From Chiloscyllium plagiosum (Eukaryota), in the NCBI RefSeq assembly GCF_004010195.1, contig NC_057719.1:84589651-84628706 (forward strand): a stretch of 39,056 nucleotides of DNA, given 5' to 3'. Each line of letters opens with the position of its first letter. Position 1 is the first letter of the stretch. A model generated the notes under the pieces. It was not told the DNA's origin and searched no databases. It saw only the letters and a list, made by a program, of their open reading frames with translations. Below are positions 9,555 to 20,217 of this stretch, piece by piece. The position numbers were made by a program, and so were the translations under genes.

Positions 9555-10839
9555 GTATGTTCTTCGTGTTGATTAGCATCTGTTTTTGATTTGCTGTCAT
9601 TTTAAGTAAGCCATGTACCCACTGAGCTCTTTTAAGATTAACCAAAGTGGTTCAACACTTAACCATTCTTTTATTATTATAAGCAAATTTCTTGTATTTG
9701 TTGGTCATGGAAACAAATGAACTTTGTCCGTGCAGTTTTCTCCTCCTTATCTGTTACAACTGGTATTTGTTCCAAATTTGGTTTACATTTGGTGATTCCA
9801 CCTGGTGGATCAACTGCACTTGTATTCAAATGCACTAAGTAAGAGTCCAACCCAAAGATTTATTTCCATTGGGGGAAAAAGTGGGGAATATCAGCAGAAC
9901 AATTTGACAGGTGAAGAAGTGAAAGTGTGCACTTCTATATTTTCTTGGACAAGAACCAGTGGAGCCAGTATTTTTGTTTTCAGTGTAAATGGATGCCAAA
10001 TGTAACACCTGGAAGTTTAGAATTAAAATGTGATCCATTGTCCATCATATTTGGATATAACTATTATTTCCTGACTCTCCAAAGAACTCCTTTTTATGTA
10101 GCAGAATTTGAGCCTGGTTCGGAGTTAGATACAGCATAAATCTAGAACCCTTAATGAGTTACTTTGTATTGAAACTAATTATAGAAATAAACATGATGGC
10201 ACTTTATATGAAAGATTAACTCTGAGTGTAGGCAAGGAATTTCTAACGTATTGGGAAGCCCATCATGTCTACTGCTGACAAGTTTGAGAAGACCAAATCT
10301 CAAAAAGAACTACACATTATAATGTATGAGAAGAATGTTTTGAATCTCATGTCGCCTCTGGTCAACGCATTATCATTCTGAATGTGCCAGGGAATTGTTA
10401 AATGACGAGCTTTCCTTTTAAAATCAAACAAGGCAAGTTGAGTCTCGTCAAGGGATTGCGAGGGCAATTGCACCATGGGATCGCTATCTGAAAAGCCTCT
10501 GAGCTGAAAAAAATGCAATTTATGGACAAGTTATTTCTGTTTGCAAGGGTCAGGGCCAAGTGTATAAGCATAGGTGGCTTCTAGTACACAAAGCCACACT
10601 GCAGCCCCAACCGGTGATCTGAATTAGTCATTGGTTATAATGTTTAAACACATTGTTTAGCAATTGTTGCCCAGTCCACGGAATTGAAGTGTTTGGAGTT
10701 TTGCTTGTCTGGGCTAATTGACTGCAGTCAGCAATACATAAGAGAATAGACCAGGAGTGGAACCTACTTTGCCAGTGAATTAGGTCATAGTAGACAATGC
10801 ATTTCAGTGTCAACTTCCCATAATATCTCTGTCACTTGA

Positions 10840-11200
10840 TGTCATTAGTCTTTAAAAATCTATCCATTTCTGTTTTAAACATGCTCCATGATTGAGCTTC
10901 ATATTTTCTAATTTTTCTTCTCATCTGAAATCATGACCTGGATTCTAGACTCATCAATCGGGGAAAGAAGCTTGTCAATATACACCTCCTCACAACTGCT
11001 AAGAACTGAATAGGTTTTGATGAGACCATCTCTCAATCATATTATTAGATAATACAGGTTCAATGTCCACTCAAAGGCAATTGCATCACTTTTTTTGTGA
11101 CCTGTAACAGCCCACATGCATGGATGTAGTGAACCATTAGAACAGTCCTAACACACATTCACTAGGCAGGTCATTACCCTTATACAATTTTAATGAAGTT
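10840..11200 (-). mobile_element. Old CR1-like 3' end remnant
   Basis: Degenerate similarity to the minus-strand CR1 3' ends at 20218+ and 31460+ (AATCTATCCATTTCTGTTTTAAA..., TTCTAGACTC, TCTCTCAATC). Confidence 0.4.
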
Positions 11201-11869
11201 TTTTTTAAAACTTGCTTTCAAGCAGAACACTGCGCTAGTGGAATTAATCACTAAGGACAGTATTCACTTCGTAACATTGCTCATGCTTTGTTCAGGATAA
11301 TTATTCCAGTAATTTCTTTGTGCTTTTAAGTATACCACCAGATATTTGTACTGCTTATGAAAATCAGCAATGTTCTTGGTTATTGAACAACAGGTGCATA
11401 CTAAATTGGTTAGATGTGCTTTTAAGGACTTGGTCTCTTCATTTAATGCTGTTGTGCTGTGATTATTGAATATAGCGGTGTTTGGTCAAATGCAAATACC
11501 TCTTCCCATTTGTGGGATGAAAGTACTCCAAAATTAAAGCCATGCATGAGAACAAACTCCAAGTTTCAAAGAAATTTACAATTGTTTAGTATTCCTAATT
11601 TTGCTGCCAAACTATTTCTGTTTAAATGGGTTTGGAATACAATCTTGTTTTAAACATCTTTTTTGTTTATTATGTGGTCATCTATTGAGGCAATGTCGTG
11701 GCACAAATGCATCAATCTGAAAAATGTAATAAATTTGTGCACCTTAGACCAAAGAGTGTGGGACATGTTCCTCCTGCACTTAACAAAGACTTGGGGAACT
11801 TCTTTTCACCAATCCAAGTAGACTTGCCAACCAATCTCCACCTTTTCTCATAGAACATAAATTGTTCTT

Positions 11870-12640
11870 GTGATTTGGTATTCTTGTGATTCTATCCTGA
11901 TGCACGCAAAGAGCTTTTTACTACAATATTCCAGTTGTTTCCAACACCAGAGTGGTACAATATTATTGATTGCTGTGATGCTTGTCCTGATCAATACAAT
12001 GTTCTTATATGGAACCTCTTCCTTGTGTCCATCTCAACAGCATTGTTGTCTTGGTACGCTTATCTTTATCAATTTGTCCAGTTTATCTCCTAAAATCCAT
12101 TCTGTATTTTCTGTTAAATCCATGGTACAAATCTGGGCCCCTTGAATGATCCTGATTTATGTACAACATCCTTTGGCAATGCTGTTCACAAGTATAGATT
12201 CATTACCACTTATACCCATTTGTAGCTTTGCACAACTATCAACCTTGATGTTGCAATTAATGCAAATCTGTCAGTCTGCTCCTCCCTGAGGCTTATGATG
12301 GATGAATTGGAATATTTTTGCAATTGAACATGAGCAAACCAAAGAATAAATCTGACCCCTCTCCAGGTTTATGGCATATCTCCAATTTCATTCCTTTTCC
12401 TGATGCTGAATTTGATGATCAGCCTTGTAATTTGATTGTATGGTGCAGATTTCAAATTAAGATCAATGAATCTGTCAGTCAAGCTGTGTCTGTTTGGCCA
12501 CCTGCCAGTGTCCACATTTTCATCTTCAGATACCAACACCTCAGCTGTCTCCTATATGCTGTCTGGACCTACTTCTTCTGAACGGCTACACCTTTGCTAT
12601 ATTCAAACTTCCTTTGAAATCTTGTCTGTAAAATTCATTG
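11870..12640 (+). mobile_element. Very old L2-like RT remnant
   Basis: Faint pattern only (for example CATGGTACAAATCTGGGCCCC resembling QGSxLGP); no ORF. Confidence 0.3.
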
Positions 12641-13519
12641 GAGTTTGATTTTAAACATGTTGTAATTTTAATACATTAAAGCATTTATTAGCATTTCAAT
12701 AATTGTTCAGCACATAATCTTGGAGCAATCTAATATTCGGCCATTGGAAATGTACAATGAATAGAAAAGATGTCTAGGTTTAAAAAACTGCTACTGTGCA
12801 GTATATAAGCTAGCTGTTTGCACAAGGTCAGTGCTATACCTACATGTTCTTGCTGTTGATGCAGAACAATTTTGTTCATTTGAATTAACTATTTGCATTG
12901 GAAAGGTAGAAAAAAGTTATTGATTTCTGGTGCAGTTCATTTTGATGAATATATGAAGTTCACCAGCAAAATCGATTTCTGCTTTTTTGGTTAGGCTTCG
13001 CAATGATTTAGTTTTCAGATTTTGCTCATTTTCCTGTTTTTTTTTTTTAACACCATTGCTCTTATACTCTTAAGGTGACAGATTTTGGGATAGTAAGAGA
13101 TGACTGCTGGGAAGCTCCTCTCCTATGGATGTGTTAAACACCTCCTCCATTAGGACTTCCCAACTAAACTTAAATATTTTCTTCTAGTTGTATCTCACTG
13201 TTTTGGTGTCCAAGTCTAAAGACAAAGCGTTGCCTTCTCTCTTCCATTATATTCAGTCTTTGAAAAGAAATGTAAATAGTTCATATTATAAGTTCTCATT
13301 TAAAGTATTTTTCCATACTTGCCACATCAGTCTGCCAAACCAAATGTTCGAATGTTGGCTGTTGTGGATGTCATGAATTTTTCAAAGTCGTTCAAATATA
13401 AAATTCCAGTTTTCACCACTGTAAAATTAATCTTTTTGACCAAATGAAGAGACTTCAAAAAGATCACAGTAGTGTTGAATTTGTATTCGTTCTAAAGCTA
13501 TCCTTTTCTTACTTTTCAG

Positions 13520-13562
13520 TGCTGAAATCCAGGAAGAGAAATGCAAGAGAAGACAATCAGGT
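13520..13562 (+). CDS. KNL1: KNL1 coding exon 2, (N)AEIQEEKCKRRQSG
   Basis: Acceptor ccttttcttacttttcag|T; donor GGT|gtaagt; 43 nt, phase 2 to 0. Encodes the basic patch and Aurora B-type site RRQS preceding [SG]ILK. Confidence 0.9.
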
Positions 13563-13699
13563 GTAAGTTTTTGATTTAGGTATTAATTATCTTTTCATGA
13601 CCGAAGATGCATTCAAAAAGAATTCAAATCTTCACTATGTTTTACGTGCAATTCTTGTTGTGCTTACATTCCTGAATTGTACATCACAAGTGACAGTCA

Positions 13700-15160
13700 A
13701 AGACGAAAAAATGGCAGATGCTGGAAACCAACGTAGACAAACGGGAGACTGGAAAAACATAGCAAGCCAGGCAGCATCAGAAGTTGGTATACTCAACTTT
13801 GAATACAACCCTTTAGGAATGAAGGTGGGGTAGGAGGAGTTGCAGATAAAGGGGTAGGTGGGGAGAGGGGTGGAGTCACAAGGTAATGATTAATAGTTGG
13901 TATGACCAAGTTGTTTGATGGGAGGACTAAATCAGCATGGAATCTGGAAGGAGTGGTTGGTCAGTGGAATGGAGGGGTGCTGGAAAGGGATGTTATTTGA
14001 AATTGGAGAACTCGATGTTTAGTCCTCCAGGCTGTAGGCTATACAGGGGGAAGATAGGGTGGTGTTCTTTCACTTTGCGTTGTAGCAATGGATGAAGCTG
14101 AAGATGGACATGTCGGAGAGGGAATGGGAAAGGGAATTGAAATGGGCAGAGACTGGAAGCTCAGGCTGGCCCTGCAGGCCCGCTTACATGCTCGAAGAAA
14201 TGTCCTTAGTTTACATTTGTCTCACCAATGTAGAGAACCACCTGATGAAGAAGCAGTGCTTCTAAACAAACCTGTTGGACTAACCTGGTTAGCGTTTTTT
14301 AACGCTATAAAGAAGACCACATTTGGAGCACCAAATGCAGTAAACCAGGTTGTGGGAGAGGCAGGTGAACCTCTATCTCACCTGGAAGGACTGTTCAGGG
14401 CCCTGGATGGAGGTGAGGGGGTTGTTGTGCTGGCAGGTTTTGCACATTTTCTTATTAATTGGAAGGTACTGGGGGGGTGAACCAAGGAGTGACAAAGGGA
14501 CCATTCATTGGGGGAAGCAGGGAGGGGAAGATGTTCTTGGTGGTCAGGTCTAGATTAGATTACTTACAGCGTGGAAACAGGCCCTTCGGCCCAACAAGTC
14601 CACACCGCCCCGCCGAAGCGCAACCCACCCATAATCCTACATTTACCCCTTACCTAACACTACGGGCAATTTAGCATGGCCAATTCACCTGACCTGCACA
14701 TCTTTGGACTGTGGGAGGAAACCGGAGCACCCGGAGGAAACCCACGCAGACACGGGGAGAATGTGCAAACTCCACACAGACAGTCGTCTGAGGCGGGAAT
14801 TGAACCCGGGTCTCTGGCGCTGTGAGGCAGCAGTGCTAACCACTGTGTCACCGTGCCGCCCACTAACGCTAGTTGGAGTTGACAGAAGTGTTAGAGGATG
14901 ATATGTTGAATGTGGAGACTGTTGGATCCTCTCCTTATTGCATTTGGTGGTAGGGAGGCAGGAATAGAGTTTAGAGCAGTGGAGCGAGGAATGGAGGAGG
15001 TACAGTGGAGGGTTGCCTGGATGACAGGGAAAAGCATGTTGTTTAAAACAGGTTGACATTTTGGATGCTTAGGAGTGGAATGTCTCCTTGACAGAGCAGA
15101 TGTGACAGAGAAATTGGGTAAATGTACTGGAATTTTTGCAGGATACAAAGTGGGAGGTAT
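13700..15160 (-). mobile_element. Penelope-like element 3' part (GIY-YIG endonuclease plus terminal repeat), decayed
   Basis: The minus strand gives LYIGET (~14218-14235), PELPVSAHFNSLSHSLSDMSI and LQPGGLNIEF, the PLE GIY-YIG C-terminus. Terminal-repeat homology at 13700-13790. Confidence 0.8.
14551..14862 (-). mobile_element. Young HE1-type V-SINE nested in the PLE
   Basis: Full tRNA head, V-domain and (TAATC)n tail; about 12 differences from the 19121-19433 copy by eye. Confidence 0.92.
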
Positions 15161-16391
15161 GTTCTTCCTGTTTGTCTACTCACAAATGACAGTCAGCATG
15201 TAAAGAATCCAATTGAAAACATCAACCTCCTTTTCAGCATTTCCAAGTTATTTTTACTGAGGTATGTTTTCTTTGTCACGTTGTTGAAATTTAATTAAAT
15301 ATGCAGTGATAGCAATTTGAAATCTCGATTTCAGCTTGCAAAAAATAGTTAAGAGGCCACAACATGACTGCAAAAGATCTAACAATGCCTGAGTTTTTAA
15401 TTGTAGCTGTGATGGTTTGTCTTATTTGAATGTGAAGATCTGAAGGTTTGAAAAGTCTTTGTTCAAGGCAGTTTTCTTGTTGAAATGTCAACCTGTACCT
15501 GAGGCACAATGACATGTAGTGTTACAAGTTTGATGAGACCTTTAAACAGTGCAAGTCATTTGCAGAACTCTGCGTGCACAGACAAAACAATGACGCTGAT
15601 CAAAATTCCAGTTCGTTAAAACATGCAAGAATGTTTTTTCATTTTGTTCTTTTTCACCTCCGAGTAGAAAGCAGCAAAAATATTTTATTTCTACAGCAAA
15701 TTTACAAAAACTGCTTTGTAACACAGATTATTTAACATTCATCACTAGTCCATCAATAGCTATAAAAACATGCAAAATATTTCTAAGTATCTGTTGATGA
15801 AATGTCCTTTGTAACTGCACCATTAATTGTATAAAAGCAGGTTGATTATATAATACTAGGATACAAAGGACATCTAAGTTAATTCAGTGATAGAGACATC
15901 AAGTATCCACCTATTTTGTGGTCATTAGCTGGAAATCATTCAGTTTTCAAACATTTTTATGTCCGATTTTATAAAAATGAATATCGCCATCGAAACATTT
16001 GTGACTTTAAGCAAACCATGCAAATATATTTCAAAAGCCATTTTAATCATATTCCATTGTAATCATGTGAATGGAAATTTTAGTTAGGAGGATGACCAGA
16101 CAACCAACTTCAAAAAGGGGAGAAAAAAATTAGGAACAATTGGGAATTCCATTTCACTTCTAGCCTATCCTGATAACTAACATTTAAGGCACGTGACCAT
16201 TTGCAGCCAAAATTAGCATGGTATTTACATTTTTTTTTCTTGCAGGTTTATTATTGGCTACAATGTCATGTTTTCCTGTCAGATTGTTTGCTTCAGCTGT
16301 CTTCTAAGGAATTACTTTGTTTTCATTGATATTCACATTTTTAAATATATTCACTTTGTCCATCTACAATGAGAACTAGGGTTTCATAAAA

Positions 16392-16457
16392 CGTCGAATC
16401 TTCTGTTCCCGAGATGCTGCCTGACCTGCTGTGCTGTTCCAGCAATAAAGTTTCAGC
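16392..16457 (+). mobile_element. 66-bp PLE terminal-repeat fragment with 10-bp duplication
   Basis: TTTCATAAAA at 16382-16391 and 16458-16467. The insert CGTCGAATC...GATGCTGCCTGACCTGCTGTGC...CCAGCAATAAAGTTTCAGC starts at the hammerhead GUC triplet region. Confidence 0.7.
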
Positions 16458-17056
16458 TTTCATAAAATCAGCTCAATATTGCACCAGTATGAAGCGTATC
16501 TCAATATGATAGTTAAATATGGCTACCAATATTCCTATTTGGTTAATTACATAAACTGAAATGCTAAACTCATTAGAATTTTTAAAAAATATATTAGCAT
16601 TTAACTATTGCTGGTCACCTTGTTCTCTCAGTTGATGTATTGAAATAGATCTTTCCACTGTTGGTTTTTTAAAAAAAATACAACAATGTTTCAACGTTTT
16701 GCTCCATCTGTGAAACTGCAATATATCTTCAGTGTTTTGAGTTGTCCTGAGTTTTTTTAATGGCAGGTTAAAGGAACACAATTTTAAGTGAGCTCTTGCC
16801 TATTATCAATTCCAGTTCGAACTGATACTTCTGACTATCCGCTGTCTTCTCAGTTGTACCAATTTAGACTGCGCAAAGATTTGCAGTTACTGAAAGCTGC
16901 TTTGTGTAAAAGGCCTAAACAGCAATATGATGCCATTTAAAATTATAGCTAGTCTTTTAAATTTTAAGTCAAATTAGGTACTGACCCATGTTGATCCATC
17001 TGTCTTGGAATCTTAAGTATAAAATATTCTATTCTTCTTTCTCTCCCTACCCCAAG

Positions 17057-17116
17057 ATTTTGAAAGTTTCAAGGAGCCCGCTTCGAACTTTGAAAGAAGC
17101 TGATATCAGCCAGAAG
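17057..17116 (+). CDS. KNL1: KNL1 coding exon 3, ILKVSRSPLRTLKEADISQK
   Basis: Pyrimidine tract plus aag|ATT; donor AAG|gtaaca; 60 nt, phase 0 to 0. Completes GILK and the RSPL motif (human ILKPPRSPL). Confidence 0.92.
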
Positions 17117-17442
17117 GTAACAAGGAATTACCAAAATAAGCAAATCTACTGAACTGTTAGGATTACAGATAACAAAATTGTGACATAGCTGGCTTTGTGA
17201 CAAGGGAAATAAAACATGGGCAAATTGGCAGAGGAGAGGTATTTAAGCTTACATATACTGATGATTTGATTCTACACAAGTGGGTGCCACGAGCCATACT
17301 GAAGCCCATTTGAAGTGACTAAATTGGTATATGGATAGGATTTTTAAGTGCATTAGCAAAGAACACATTCAGATTGGAATGCTTCTATGGAAACTATTGT
17401 TTGCCATTTCCAATCTAATGGTGTGCCCTAGTCCTGGGCGAC

Positions 17443-17995
17443 TGTGCTGCATTTTGGGAAAGCAAATCTTAGTAGGACTTATACACTTAATGGTAAGGTC
17501 CTAGGGAGTGTTGCTGAACAAAGAGACCTTGGAGTGCAGGTTCATAGCTCCTTGGAAGTGGAGTCGCAGATAGATAGGATTGTGAAGAAGGCATTTGGTA
17601 TGCTATCCTTTATTGGTCAGAGTATTGAGTACAGGAGTTGGGAGGTCATGTTGCGGCTGCACAGGCCACTGTTGGAATATTGCGTGCAATTCTGGTCTCC
17701 TTTCTACCGGAAGGATGTTGTGAAACTTGAAAGGGTTCAGAAAAGATTTACAAGGATGTTGTCAGGGTTGGAGGATTTGAGTATGGAATGAGCTGCCAGA
17801 GGAAGTGGTGGAGGCTGGTACAATTGCAACATTTAAGAGGCATTTGGATGGGTATATTAATAGGAAGGGTTTGGAGGGATATGGGCTGGGTGCTGGCAGG
17901 TGGGCCTAGATTGGGTTGGGATATCTGGTCGGCCTGGACAGGTTGGACCGAAGGGTCTGTTTCCATGCTGTACATCTCTGACTCCTCTGATTCAA
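17443..17995 (+). mobile_element. HER1/CR1 LINE 3' fragment
   Basis: ORF 17444-17791 LHFGKAN...RDLGVQV...RPLLEYCVQFWSP...LERVQKRFTRML, followed by a 3' tail GGGTCTGTTTCCATGCTG. Confidence 0.9.
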
Positions 17996-18002
17996 TAACT
18001 AT

Positions 18003-18395
18003 TTTGAATCAACCTGTTCAGATATGTAATACATCACTGGAGCAAGTGGGATTTCAATCCAAACCTTCTGGACAAGAGGTAGGGACACTACCATTGTGCC
18101 ACAAGAGCCCCATACATGAGGTTAGTTATATCATCCTGTTCAGATAGGCTGTAACACCCCACATAAGTGGGGCTTAAACCTGGGTATTCTGATTCAGAGG
18201 TGAGAACACTACCATTGCACCACAAAACCCAGTACACAAGTGAGTTGATATTTTCTAGGATGTTAAGGCACACCACTGCGGCAGTCTTGAACACAAGCCT
18301 CTTGGCTCAGACAGAGACACTGCCATTGTACCACAAGAGCTTCCACACACAAGTATGTTTTAATCAACTTGTTCAGATATGTTATGAAACACTAT
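18003..18395 (-). repeat. Tandem array (~3.3 units of ~111-122 bp) of a tRNA-derived short repeat
   Basis: Recurring TGTTCAGATA (18015, 18137, 18370) and CACT(A/G)CCATTG..CCACAA (18086, 18207, 18318). The minus strand shows A box TGGCACAATGG and B-box-like GGATTGAAATCC. Confidence 0.7.
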
Positions 18396-18399
18396 GTTT

Positions 18400-18605
18400 G
18401 AGGGCCAGTTAGCTCACTTGACTGATTTGCAATGCAGAGTGATGCCAACAGTGTGGATTCAAATCCCACTCGGGCTGTGGTTGCCATAAAGAACCCTCTG
18501 TCTCAACCTACTATTCTGCCCTAAGCGTGGTGACCCTCGCAGTAAAACATGACCAGCAGTCTCTTTGAGAGAACAGCTCCATTTTGCTGTAGACTATGGG
18601 TAACC
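18400..18605 (+). mobile_element. Decayed tRNA-derived SINE (different family)
   Basis: Head GGCCAGTTAGCTCAC and B box GGATTCAAATCCC; a related body fragment at ~36445-36490. Confidence 0.5.
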
Positions 18606-18611
18606 ATTTCA

Positions 18612-18746
18612 TCATTCCTTGATGAAGGGTTTATGCCCAAAACATTAACTCTCCTGCTCTTTGGATGCTGCCTGACCGACTGTGCTTTTCCAGCACCACA
18701 TTCTCGACTCTGATCTCCAGCATCTGCAGTCTTCAGTTTCTTCTAG
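18612..18746 (+). mobile_element. PLE terminal repeat with degenerate hammerhead core
   Basis: TTGATGA-AGGGT-TTAT-GCCC-AAAAC-ATT (18619-18646) followed by the conserved GGATGCTGCCTGACC...CTCCAGCATCTGCAGTC body. Confidence 0.75.
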
Positions 18747-19120
18747 TTGAATCACTTCAATCTGCATACAATTGGTTAAACTCCATATAGCGTATTCTAT
18801 CCAGTTTTCTAAAATTATCGAAATGTGGCCAAATCTCAGACTTGCAATGAGTCATCTTTCATATAAATTTTAATCATTAATTTTAAAATTATTTAAACCT
18901 CCTCCACTATCCATTTGCTTGACTCCTAGTTCTGAGAATACAGCTGATCATGTTTCTGGCTGGAAGAAAAGTGCCTGGGCCCATCCTTGTTTTCTCTTCA
19001 ATTGGGGTGGAACCCATGTCCATACATTGATTTTATTTTCCTATTGGTCGTAAGATTCCACCTCCTGAAAGCATGAAATCTTGTCATCTTTATACCTGGT
19101 TTGTCATCTTTCTTCAAACA

Positions 19121-19433
19121 CGGCACGGTGGCACAGTGGTTAGCACTGCTGCCTCACAGCGCCGGAGACCCGGGTTCAATTCCCGCCTCAGGCGACTGAC
19201 TGTGTGGAGTTTGCACATTCTCCCCGTGTCTGCGTGGGTTTCCTCTGGGTGCTCCGGTTTCCTCCCACAGTCCAAAGATGTGCAGGTCAGGTGAATTGGC
19301 CATGCTAATTTGCCCGTAGTGTTAGGTAAGGGGTAAATGTAGGATTATGGGTGGGTTGTGCTTCGGTGGGTCGGTGTGGACTTGTTGGGCCGAAGGGTCT
19401 GTTTCCACACTGTAACGTAATCTAATCTAATCT
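19121..19433 (+). mobile_element. Young HE1-type V-SINE
   Basis: A box TGGCACAGTGG, B box GGTTCAATTCC, V-domain and (TAATC)n tail. Confidence 0.92.
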
Positions 19434-19704
19434 CTCCAGTTGCAGTCCTTTTATTTAATTAAAAAACCTCCAATTTTTAACTTTCTATCTGAAAATAAAC
19501 CTTCATTTCCAGCTTTCACTTTTTAGTGACCATCTTCTCTCACCAGGGGGGTTAGAAGGCCTTCAAGTCTGAAGAAGAATACAATAAGACTCGAATGTTT
19601 GAGATTTTTCTGTTGTTTGCCACTGAGCTTGTATCTCCATTCTAAAATAGTCCACCTTAGTGCTGACTGACTCTTTATTCACATTTAAGAGTTTTGTTTT
19701 AAAA

Positions 19705-19912
19705 ACATGTTCAGAAAGTTATGACATCCCTTCAGGGGAGGTGGAACTTGAACCTGAACCTTATCTTCCAGAGATAGGGAAGCTACCACTGCACACCTAA
19801 GTTTGTTTTTTTTTTAGTCAAACTGTTCTGATTTGTTAGGATATAACTCTGGAGCAGGTGGGACTTGAAACAAAGGTCTTTTGGATTGGTGGTAGGGACC
19901 TCTGCATCACAA
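19705..19912 (-). repeat. Two units of the tRNA-derived short repeat seen at 18003-18395
   Basis: TGTTCAGAAAGTTATGACA...GGTGGAACTTGAACC...CTACCACTGCAC, and a second unit ...CTGGAGCAGGTGGGACTTGAAAC...GTAGGGAC. Confidence 0.55.
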
Positions 19913-19916
19913 AATA

Positions 19917-20217
19917 TGGGTGACTCAGCGGGTAGCACTGCTGCCTCACAGTGCCAAGGACCTGCGTTTGATTCTAGCCTCAGCAACGGTCTATGTGGAG
20001 TTTGCGCGTTCTCTCCATATCTGCGTGGGTTTCCTCTGGGTGCTTCAGTTTCGTCCCACAGATCAAAGATGTGTAGGCTTGATGGATTTGCCATGCTAAA
20101 TTGCCCATGGTTTTCAGGGATGTGTAAATTGGGTCCATTAGTCAGGGGTAAATGTAGAGTAATATAATAGGAGAATGTGTCTGGGTAGGTTACTCATTGA
20201 AGGGTTGTTGTGAACTT
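19917..20217 (+). mobile_element. Older HE1-type V-SINE
   Basis: Degenerate tRNA head plus V-domain TATGTGGAGTTTGCGCGTTCTC...CCCACAGATCAAAGATG. Confidence 0.85.

Noticed and set aside
13075..13092. Cryptic KNL1 exon (ttaag|GTGACAGATTTTGGGATA|gtaaga)
   Set aside because: Weak donor context, an immediate in-frame stop (AAG TGA) and no supporting homology.
16230..16300. Strong acceptor-like ttttttttcttgcag|G in the intron before exon 17057
   Set aside because: No matching good donor nearby and no KNL1-like coding content.
18003..18395. CRISPR-like array or functional tRNA gene cluster
   Set aside because: Eukaryotic context; whole units are homologous and diverged with no repeat-spacer structure; cloverleaf stems and terminators are not convincing.
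19121..19195. tRNA gene
   Set aside because: It is the tRNA-derived head of a V-SINE, continuing into the V-domain and tail.
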